Origin: Chiloscyllium plagiosum
Lineage: Eukaryota
Assembly (NCBI RefSeq): GCF_004010195.1
Contig: NC_057718.1
Coordinates: 64,795,548-64,859,547, forward strand
DNA: 64,000 nt
Reading direction: 5' to 3'
Positions 50,705 to 61,664 of the stretch are shown here, piece by piece. How positions within the stretch are numbered: the first letter of the stretch is position 1; each line of letters begins with the position of its first letter. The notes beneath the pieces were generated by a model. The model saw only the letters and a program-made list of their open reading frames with translations. It was not told where the DNA came from and made no database searches. Both the position numbers and the translations under genes were made by a program.

Positions 50705-50842
50705 TTGCTATCAGTTCTGACGAAAGGTCACTAGATTCAAAACGGTGATTCTGCTTTCTTTCCACAGATGCTGCCAGGCCTACTGAATTTCTCCAGCAAT
50801 TTCTGTTTTTGTTTCAGATTTCCAGCATTTGTGGTTCTTTTA
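50705..50842 (+). mobile_element. Old PLE-derived terminal repeat with vestigial hammerhead
   Basis: ttctgacgaaaggtcactagattcaaaacggtgattctgctttctttccacagatgctgcc...tttcagatttccagcatt. Confidence 0.6.
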
Positions 50843-51997
50843 TTTCACTGCTTTATTTCCCTACATTGCAATATTAAACTCATTTGAAATGCATTTTCTT
50901 GGCTGTAAAGCACTTTAAGACAATGATGCGTCAGGAGAGGCACTATACAAATGCAATAGTACTTTATTCTCTTAGATTTCTGAAACAATTTATGAAACAG
51001 TTTTTAGCCTAGAGGACAGGTGGTGGTATTCCTGACAAGTGGTAGCAATAATAGCTTCTTCCCTTATATCTTTGGAGAATTGTCTTAGAGCACCTGGTTT
51101 TGGTTGGAGGTATATCTCCTTAAAGTGTTTATTGTCCATATGTCTCTCCACCATAAGCATGATGGTTCTCAGCATCTTTTAGCAGGCCATGTTCACGTTC
51201 TTATTGGGTTTTTCTCTGCCCTCAAAATTGAGTGCAAATTTAATCCTGGATGTCAACATCTTCACTATGTTCTGCAGAATGTTTACAACCATAAGTGATT
51301 CTCTTTATGAATGAAGAAAATTGGACATCAGGGATTGTATGCTGTTGGAACTGTATAACTACTTCACATCCTTTGGTTCCAATACAAATTACCCCTGAAT
51401 ATGGGTATTACTTCACTACTCACCCTTTGGTCCCATTTAGTCCTCTTCATGGCTCTAGCTGAGACCTTGAACAGCTTTCATTCATTTTGTTGCATTACAT
51501 TTACTTCACATTTATGCACAATTTCCCACAGAATGCAGAGTTCATGAGACTGATGCTCCAAGCCATCTATAAATTGTGGAAATTCTCCCAAGAACTGGGA
51601 TATGGTCTCTGCCTGCAACGGAACAAACTGACCATTCCTACTTAAGTGACATAGGCTAGCCATTGCTGGTCTTTCTGCCTTTTCTAATTGTTGTTAACCT
51701 TTCAATGCCTGAATGCTTATAAGTTATCTGGTGATGTTTGCATCCTCTGGCTCATGTTGCTCAACATTTCAGAAATGCAGCAGGAGCAGACTCTCTTATC
51801 CTCCTTCCAAGCCCGAAAATATTGGGGATGTAGTCTGCCCAGAACATGTAAGTGCTCCAAGCTAAAGACAGAATTTAGAAGCAGGGCTTCAAGGAAAATG
51901 TACACATTTCCCCCAAGTTGATTTTTGGATGCATGTATACTGCATGACTCTGTGCTTATGGAAATTGAAATCTAGCAGATTAACAATGAGAACATAC

Positions 51998-52156
51998 CCC
52001 TTGTGAGTGTAGGTATTCCACAGTCTTTGTGATTGTATAAAGTACTGCACTGGCCTCTCTTTCTGAGAAACACTTCTGCCGTAGGATCCTGTCCAGCAGC
52101 TCCCCTCCTCTCATTAGTTCCATGACAAGATACAAATACTTTCCATCATCATATAC
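51998..52156 (-). CDS. RPS6KA2: RSK3 coding exon (gatekeeper/hinge); not shown in the ORF track
   Basis: 159 nt, cag/gtatg boundaries. [53 protein letters not shown]; the Met gatekeeper (LVMEL) is the RSK3 state. Confidence 0.96.
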
Positions 52157-54065
52157 CTGAATTTAAAGCAAACAAAAACAAGGTCAGGTAAGATTTATTT
52201 GCTTTAATGAGCTCTGTGATGTAACAAAGATTCACAAGCAAAATAGTATAGTTCATAACCTCACGCTCATATAATTTGCATAAAGCCATTCTAATACACA
52301 GTGTATGATATGTTTTCTGTTATTATCTTTGGAGAATTCAGCTTGGTATTGATGTGGTACTATTGTATGAAATAATAAGCCGATTACCTCTTTATCATGT
52401 ATATTGTGATTATAATTTCAGCTAATATAATGTGATTTCTGCTGAGCTTAATAAGTTTGCAGTGCACTAGTTTAAAATAGACTGATCAACAATAAATGGT
52501 ACATTGTGACAATTAGTTCGTGTTTTGGCTTGAAAATTGTAAGTGATAAGCAATCTTTTTTCATAACAAATAATTCATAGCTGAGACTCCATAGTGCAAC
52601 AATAGACTCATCTCACTGCTCACTATATAGCGAACAACAAGAAACAATAAAATGTTTTTGATCCCTACTCATATGCTTTCTGGAATTAGTACCTTGTCAA
52701 TCCCCCCAAATCATTCATAATCCTGCAGAGATAAGGGGTTGAAACTAGTGAAGGGAGTCATTTTTATGTTCACAGATGAAGGCTTGCCCAACAGCAATAC
52801 ATATGACAAATTTGGAATTGTGGATAGAGTACTTCCAAATGACCAACTTGCAGTCCCACAACGTCAGAATCAAGGACTCTGTTCTCTTCAACTGAATTAC
52901 CTAACTCTCTAATAACCCCAGACCCTCCAGGTCCCCCTTTACCTTACTTTGTGACAGACCATTTTCAACCATCCCTCAAAGTGGAGACCCATCACATTTA
53001 ACTTTGCTTCCAATTGTACTCCTTGCCTCCTCAGCCACTACATTACACCTTAATAATGCCCATCTTATTGTGTCATGCAGGCAGATGTGCCCCCGTCATC
53101 TCCCTGGCCACATCCTTGTCCACTCAAAAGACCATGTCAACACAACTGTACTGATAGCCTTTGACTCTAGCTGAAGTGCCAATGCACTAACAGACAAGGT
53201 ATGATATGGCAAGGTATAATGCTGCTAATTACAGGTAAGCACTCAATGAGTGAGCACTAAGACAGCAAGAAAGCAGTCTTGAGATGCAGGCTGGTCCAAT
53301 GCATGAGCTGGGTGGTTTCCCCCACTACTCAAAGTGTTCCTATAGCAGCCTTTCAACGCTAGCCGCTGATGCACTTTGCAATGTAGGTCTGTGGTTTCTA
53401 AACATTCTGCAAGGTGCCATGAGAATCATGAGACGGTGGAAGATATCAGATGCCAATGTGCATGGCTGAGGGATGCATGTGGCTGGTGCCCATGGATTGA
53501 CCTGCGAGATGCTATTTGGTGCTGAGCAACTTGAATCTTCACAGCTGAAATCGATAGCTACCCACTTTGACTTCCATGTTGAGAGTTTTCAGCATTCAGT
53601 TTGCTTGGCACATTTGGTGGGATAGGCAACTTCACATTAGTGAGGCATTAACAAAATAGCCAACAAGCAACAATTCTCCTTAATAGATCATTCAAGGCTA
53701 GTGAATGATCATTCAAGGCTACCTAGTGAGAAATTCAATGCAATGCAGGCTAACTGCATTAAAAATGTGAGTTGCTCCCAACTTCGATATAGCACTTACT
53801 GGACTTCATGATTGATTTTGCAACAAAGCACACCATAGCCCATTTTGTTCAGGCCCCTAGAAGCTCTACCTCAGTTTTCAATTCCAGATTCCATTCATTT
53901 GAATTTAAACTCCATCAACTGTCATCATCTAATTTGAACCTATACCCTAAGCATTAACTTGGTCTTCTAGATCAGTAATCAAATGATATTATTACTACAC
54001 CACTGTCTGCCTTGTACTGGTACAGTAATTTGTGCAATAACTTCATTCAGTCCCATGGAAACAAT

Positions 54066-54790
54066 ACAGTCATAGCGTCATACAGCATGGAAACAGACCC
54101 TTTGGTCCAATCAGTCCACGCTGACCACGTACCCAAACTAAACTAAACCCAATTACCTGCATTTGGCCCATATCCTGCCAAACCTTTCCCATCCGAAGAG
54201 TCTATTTCCGTGTTGTACATCTCTATGACCCTATTGGCAGGTGGGACTCGGTTGGGTTGGGATATTTGGTCAGCATGGACAAGTTGGACCGAAGGGTCTG
54301 TTTCCGTGTTGTACATCTCTCTGATTCTATTGGCAGGTGGGACTAGATTGGGTTCGGATATCTGGTCGGCATGGATGAGTTGGACCGAAGGGTCTGTTTC
54401 TGTGCAGTACATCTCTATGACTCTATACTCTATTTATGAACTTATCCAAATAACTTTTCAACATTGTAACTGTACCTGCAACTCCCACTTTCTCTGGTAG
54501 TTAATTCCATATTTACACTCTCTGTGCCCCTCATGTTCTTTTGAAATCTTTCTCCTCTCATCTTAAGAATATGCCCTGTAGTTTTGAAAGCCTCCACTGA
54601 AGGGAAAGGATCCTTGTCATTCACCTTATCTATTCCTCTCGTGATTTTATAAACCTCAATAAGGTCAACCTTCTATGTTCCAATAGAAATAATCTCAGTT
54701 TTTCCAGTCTATTTCTTTTATATCCTAAGCCCTTCATTCTCAGAAATGTGCTGGTAAACCTTTTCTGAACCCTATCTAGTTTAATAATAT
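54066..54790 (-). mobile_element. CR1/HER1 LINE 3' end interrupted by a tandem array of opposite-strand tails
   Basis: Tail at 54066-54192 and body FKTTGHILKMRGERF continuing from about 54430. Confidence 0.82.
54193..54426 (+). repeat. About 2.4 tandem copies of a 96-bp HER1/CR1 3'-tail unit
   Basis: Units start ctattggcaggtgggact at 54231 and 54327; partial unit 54193-54230. Confidence 0.88.
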
Positions 54791-56613
54791 CCTAAGTTTA
54801 TTTTTAGTATGGGGAGTATCTAATCAATAGTAATCATAATAAAATAGAATTTTAAAAATAATAATTACAAATGATTCAAGTAAGAAAATGACCAATGTAA
54901 TAAATTGTGAGACAGTAGCTGAATTTTGAGAAGAATAGGTGGAAACTATGGAAGATAAATTGGAAAAAATAAGCTCTCATGGTTCTCAAGTGACAAAGAA
55001 TGAAAATGGCAGACAATATTTAATAAGGTGATTTTGAACAGAATTATCACACTCGGCTGACATGCTTTAATTATTTGAAGAAGCAACACAAAAATTAAAT
55101 AAGGGTAATATACCAGATAGAATATGCGTGAGTTTTCATAATTGCTTTGACAAGTCTTAATTGTCAGTTAAATGGCTCATCCCACTCCCACCATGATTTA
55201 CCTGGCAGTAGGAGAAGACCCATGCTAAGTGGATTGACAAGCAGCTTTTTATAATAATTATGTAACCAAGGTCAGTACATGTGGAATTTGGAGTAAGCAA
55301 CACAATGAATAGCTAGCTGGCTACAAAACTAAAACTAGTAACTACAAGTAAAACCAGGCCATCAGTGCAGCTTGGGAGTGATGGGATGAGGCTAAGTTTG
55401 AGAGGCCAGTGATGAGAAGATTAAAGGGCATATATGTTTGATGTGGAATTCCCCAGCACAAGTAAAATAACATGGGGAGTCTGATGAATCTCAATGGGCC
55501 CATGGTTGGACAGGATGCATGAATGTCCAACCACCCCTTACCTAACCTCCTTCTCACAACATCCCAGTCCTGTAAAATTCAAGGCAGGTTGAATAGATAG
55601 TGGGCAAACCATATACTGCATTTAAGTACACCCTGCCTTCACACATGCTGACAGGAATCTATAACATCTACCTGTAATTTATAAATTCAGGAATGACACC
55701 ATATTGGGGTCACAACTAGTACTGAGGAAGATTTTGAAAAAGAAAACATAAAATGATTTTTAAACTTGTAGAATGTGTGTAATTATTAAATTAATTTCAA
55801 TCTAGATAAATATCATCTGCATGTTGTAGAATATAGAAATATATATAATTCCTTGTAAAATAATAACATGAGGTGAATGTAAAAGAGATCCAGGATATAT
55901 ACACACAAGTTAATAAAAACAAATAAAATAAACAAAGCACTGGGATTAGCTGCTGGAGGGTTGGAACAAAAATGCAGGGAAGTTCTTTAATCTTGAATCA
56001 GATCTTGGTAAGACCAAAGCACAACTCCAGTTCACTGTATTTGCCTCTGATTTGTAACTACAATTTAGAGGATCTGACAACACACAAAATAGATTTAAAA
56101 GTATGGTAACAGAACTGAGAGGTTTTGTCTTTCAAGAAAGATTCAACCTTCCCTAACATGTTGCAGTTAGATACACAGTTTAGCATTACAGAGTTACTTG
56201 CCTTGTGAATGCAGCCTATCCATTATCACGTTACTGCAAATAGTAGGAAGAATTCTAGCTCCTTGACATAAATGAGTGAAACTGACATGACAACCTTCAA
56301 CAGGAAATCTGTGGCAATTCTAGACTCAGGTACCAGATTATGGGGTCTAAACAACTCAATCTTCTACTATCTGGCAAATTACCTTTTGCAAACGCAGTTT
56401 GAAAAGAATTCTGATTTATGTAAGGAAGATAGAAAGATGATTCATCTAACCAAAGAACCAATCACAATCCAATGTTCAATCCCATGGGTATAAATTCTAC
56501 CAAACCATTATGAAGAGAAAATAAGATGAAAGGTAATAACTTGGTTAAGCGTTTTCCATGAAGTCTAACAATTATGAACAATAATCTGTGCCATGTTAGA
56601 ACAACATCTTTCA

Positions 56614-56838
<225 letters not shown>

Positions 56839-58405
56839 TTATTTTTCCTTCTGATTTTCTCCCTGTTCACCGTTGCTCCCTGGAGGCCAAGCGTATCAGG
56901 GTATAGCTTTACTGTAGATACAGCAGGAAGGGCATACTTATATTTACTGTGATGAAATCTCTGCAGTTTATAGAATCAGAGTAAGTAAAATCTATCAGCC
57001 ACCAATCCATATTCTATGCAGATAAAGGATGGAAGCACAGGGCCTGAGTTATTGAAAAAGATGAGTAAGTCTTACTAATTTCACATGGTGAAACCTTTAA
57101 TTGCGAAGTAACTGCTCAATGCATGACAGATGGTGTACAATTCTGCCTAATTCAGCAAAGAGAAATCAAATGCATACTAGAACTGGTGCTTTGATATGAT
57201 ATTTGCAATGCTTTGCTGTATAGGGCTCCTGTTTCTGGAGTGATGAGTGCTGCTTTGAGTTCATAACAAGTCCAACTTCAAGGGTTTCGCTCCGAGCATT
57301 TTCCGGATCTGAGTGTGGTCATTTCTGTTGCTGTGGACTGCAGCATGACAAGGAGAATGAGTAGACTTGGCACAGAGAAAGACCAGCTGCTCGATTGGGA
57401 AAGTGGAGGAGGTAGATAGGACTCTCCGCTGGGAGTTCATATTTACCCATAATATGCAAGGAATAATTGTTCTATCTCAAACTCAATGAACAACAGTCAG
57501 ATGCCTGTATTTCAACATAAAATCTGGAGCTAGAACAACTGATTCACAGCAGAGCAAGGCAGGCATCAATTGTAGTAATGAAGGGGACCAAGGTTATTTT
57601 GCATCTACTGTTCAGATGTGTAGCCTCTCAGAAGTGCATTTAGTGTTAGCTGCACCCCTCAATTATTTAAATAAACAAGCAACACAAAGCTTGCTTATTT
57701 CTTGCACTGGAAGGAATTGTACCTGTTTTCAGGCCTTATTGAATTTCACTGGGTTGCACATCACAGTCTTAACCTAAAACACTCTTACTATATTCTTGTA
57801 CTTTCAAGAACTGAATTCAAATTCTGGTTTGCACAATAAAATCAGCTGAACATGCAGTCTGGAGTATTGCTGCCTGTTTCCTGCAACTGATGTTTCTAAG
57901 ATAAAGTTAAGTCCTTTGCTTCTGGGACCTGGAATATTCAGCATGGACTCTTCATCATCATATTATCCTGAATTCCACATTCAATTGAAGCTAAACTTGC
58001 TTGTACTGTTGGTTAGGTTTGTGTGTGTGCAGTTGGAGCTGTTAGTAGTCACTGAGGTTCACTAGGACAAACAGAACATTCCTCAGACGGATAATATAAA
58101 AAAGGACAACTAATAATAAATAAAAACTTGAGTGGTGAATGAGTGCTAGAATTAGTTGAAATTGTCAATCAGTTTCTGTTATCAAGGCTTTGCTGAAGAA
58201 GTGAGAGTTTTGCACCATATCTTTGGGCACATGGCACTTGCTATATCTTTGTTAATATCCGGAAAAGGAGAGAAGAAAACTGGTACAGAGCAGATTTAAA
58301 GTTTGGACTCTGTTTCATACTGTGGTAGAACATTTGGTGCATGCAACCTACCCATTGCCTTGAATGGATGCAGCTCATTTCCTGAGCAGACAGATGGAGA
58401 CTTAC

Positions 58406-58531
58406 CTTTACAGCATAGTCCACAGCTGTGAGTTTGTGAACACATCGCTTGCACACGGAGTATGATCCAACACCAACATCCTCTTTCAACTCATAACCAT
58501 CTGTGAAGTGAATATTATTCCCGTGTAGCTG
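58406..58531 (-). CDS. RPS6KA2: RSK3 coding exon (start of C-terminal kinase domain, Gly-rich loop to AVK lysine)
   Basis: 126 nt, ttccag acceptor and gtaag donor. Translates [51 protein letters not shown] matches RSK3 rather than RSK2 (QLHRNSIQF). Confidence 0.96.
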
Positions 58532-59096
58532 CTGGAACAGAATTGCAAATGAAAACTAGGAAGTAATCAGGGTATTGTTAGGAATCAGGATCAACACCTA
58601 CATTTAAGAACAAGTTGTGTATTTTATTGTTTCTTAATTTGAAAATAAATATCTTTAGCACTAGATCCAATACTTCTATCCCAATTTTTCCTTTCCTTTG
58701 TAAAAATGCAATAAAGTTGTATCATGACACTGTCCCTTAAAAACTTCTAATGATCTGTTGACAGATAACCTCTTTTTATCTCTCTACAGACAGATGATCT
58801 GCTAAAAATTTCCAATTCCTTTTTTTTAAATTTCACACGTTTACCACCTGAATTAGTTCATTTTAATATTGCAGTGTACTTGAAAGAAAAAGTGATGATT
58901 AATTATAGTTCTCTGTAATGTAATATTTGTAGGCGATATCATATCCCTGGTTTGGCAGCGGTAATTAAGGCAAAACTGTCAGCATTCATATCATGATTAT
59001 ACTGAAACTGATAGTAACAGCTTCAGTTTGCAGATGCATAGAAACTGTAGCCATTGATTCTGTACTTTTCTAGACAATGCACTTCTGAGATCCTGT

Positions 59097-59286
59097 GTTG
59101 CTGGAAAAGAGCGGCAGGTCAGGCAGCATCCAAGGAGCAGGAGAATCGACGTTTCGGGCATGAGCCCTTCTCTCAATCCTGAAACGTCAATTCTCCTGCT
59201 CCTTGGATGCTGCCTGACCTGCTGCGCTTTTCCAGCAATACATTTTCAACTCTGATCTCCAGCATCTGCAGTCCTCACTTTCCCCC
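59097..59286. mobile_element. 190-bp PLE-derived fold-back insertion
   Basis: Perfect 17-bp TSD CACTTCTGAGATCCTGT (59080-59096, 59287-59303); arms 59097-59156 and 59181-59240 are reverse complements. Confidence 0.88.
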
Positions 59287-59756
59287 CACTTCTGAGATCC
59301 TGTCAAACTTCAAGCAATCCAAAATAATTGAAATGGTGTAAGCTTACTATTGTATTATCACTGTAAAAACCCTCTGGAAATATACACCTTGTTGAATGAA
59401 GTATAGCCTGGACTTTTAACAGTTTGAAAATGTATTACTGACTGCTAAAAAGCTGTCTAGATGGTGAAAGAATAGTGTTATATTTGTTGAATGTTAATTT
59501 TCTCCCATTATGACATGCAATTTCATATACTTTTCAATTACGTTTCTTCATGATATTATGGCTTTTACCCTAATACCGCGGATGTCTTCCAATCATTGTT
59601 TTTCATATGTGCAAAATACAAATTAAGACTAAAGGGATTTGGTGAGTTCTTTTGTAATTCATAGTTTGACATCCATTAGAATTAACCTTTGTGATTGGTT
59701 GCTTGTCTTGATAATATCACTGCTGCTAGACATTTAAAGATCCTCTTGACTTGCGA

Positions 59757-60105
59757 CATAGAGTCATACAGCACGGAAACAGACTCTTCAGTCCAACCGG
59801 TCCATGCTGAATGTAATCCCAAACTGAACTAGTCCCATCCTCCTACTCCTGGTCCATATCCTTCCAAATTTTTCCTATTCATGTATCTATCCAAACATCT
59901 TTTAAACATTGTAATTGTACCAGCATCCAATACTTCCTAAGGAAATTCATTCCACACACGAACCACCCTCTGTGTAAAACATTTGCCTGTCATGTCTTTT
60001 TAAAATCTCTCTCTTCTCACATCAAAAATGTGCTCCTAGTCTTGAAATCCTTCATCCTAGAGAAGAGACAACTATCATTAACTCTATCTGTACCTCTCTA
60101 TCAGG
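59757..60105 (-). mobile_element. CR1/HER1 LINE 3' end
   Basis: catagagtcatacagcacggaaacagac tail; cattccacacacgaaccaccctctgtgt (reverse of TQRVVRVWN). Confidence 0.85.
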
Positions 60106-60329
60106 TTGCCTCCTATTCTCCAGAAAAGAAAACTAGATGGGTAGGGGGAAATCTAGATGTCAGAAGCCATTAAATCTTTGTAAGCAATTTTCTTTGAGTT
60201 CAGGACCAATCACAATAGATTCTCAAAATCCAGCTCAATATACCTCTGTAACAATCTCTATTGCTGTAATTATATTTATAAAACAGAGCTAAATGTTACA
60301 AAAGGAATATTCTTTCCAGATTTGTCTCC

Positions 60330-61385
60330 CTTTAAACAAAATGGAAACCTTACCTATTTTGTACAGTTTGATGCTATTGAGGAGAGGATTTTGTTGAATA
60401 CTGAATACTTTTCTAAACCATATTATCAAGGAACTAACTAGAGGATAGGGTGTTTTGGATTTAGCTTAGATAATAAGGAGTAATGAGAGTAATCTTGTAG
60501 AAAAGGAGTCTCTAGGGAAGAGTTCTCATAAAATGAAATTATTTTATATTGAATTTGAAAGTGATTTAGTTATGTTCAAAACTAAAATATTAAAGCTAAA
60601 CAAAGCAGACTATATAGATATGAAGGGAGAGTTGACAATGGGGTATATTGGGAAACAACATTGAACCATACTTTATGCATCATTTGAAACACTACATCGC
60701 TAATAACACACAAACTACACAGAATATGTGGTCCAAATTCAATGGGCTGTAGAGTTTTTTGTACTATAGATCTCTATGACTCATAACTGTGGCTAACAAG
60801 TGTTTAAATCAGTTTAAATCAAAGGAAGAGGCTTCTATTGCTGCCTCAGGATTAAGAATTAAGCCTAAGGATTGGATAGATGTTAGAATACAGAAACTGA
60901 CGACCAAGAAATTGATACGGAAAGAGAAAAGGCAATTAGAATAAATTAGCAAGAGATATAAAACATATTACAAAAGTTTCTATAGTTATGAAAAACGTGA
61001 TTAGTGAAAGTAAGCCTGGATGCCTTCGAGACAGAGTGATAGCAAATTGTAATGGAAATTAAAAAAATAGGAGTGAAATGAAATGAATGCGATATAACTG
61101 CCTTCTTCTTAGAAGGTACAAAAATTATAATGGGGCACAAAGACAGCAGGGAGAATGAGGAACCTAAAGAAATCAGCTATAAGTAAATAAATCATAATGG
61201 ACTATGAATGGGAATAAGTGAAGACAAGTCCTTTAGATCTGACAACATGCATGCTAGATTTTCAAATGAGGTTACTGCAAAGATAGCGAGTGCATTGCAT
61301 TTGATCTTCCTTAATTTCTTAGATTCCAGAAAAATCCCCAAAGATTGGAAGATAGCAAACATACCCTGAAAAGCAGTGTTATAAA
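60330..61385 (+). mobile_element. Highly decayed CR1 ORF2 fragment
   Basis: aggaactaactagaggatagggtgttttggatttag (EPTR...LDL-like) and cccaaagattggaagatagcaaacatacc (PKDWKIANI). Confidence 0.65.
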
Positions 61386-61664
61386 ACATATGTTTGTATC
61401 CAATTTGTGTTGTGTGGGATAGCCGGTTGAGCTAGTAACCCTTGAGCACAAGATGTTCTGTTGGTGGTTACACTTTATCCTGCCTAGGAACAAGTTCAAA
61501 CTTTGTTGCAAGGTTTTAATATGTTATTCAAAACAATTCAAGGGTGTGAGAACAGTTTTAGTCAGGAGTAGGCAAAGAGCCTACTTAAGCTAAAGTGTTA
61601 CTGTTAAGTGGCTCCATGCTGTTGGGTTCTTGAGGTTTGGAAACCCTGGGCATTTTTCAGCATA

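Noticed and set aside
50990..51950. Possible processed pseudogene or decayed coding sequence
   Set aside because: Only short ORFs with no motif I could recognise; a tBLASTx search would be needed.
54193..54426. Repeat array as a CRISPR-like locus
   Set aside because: The units are contiguous LINE tails with no unique spacers, in vertebrate DNA with no cas genes.
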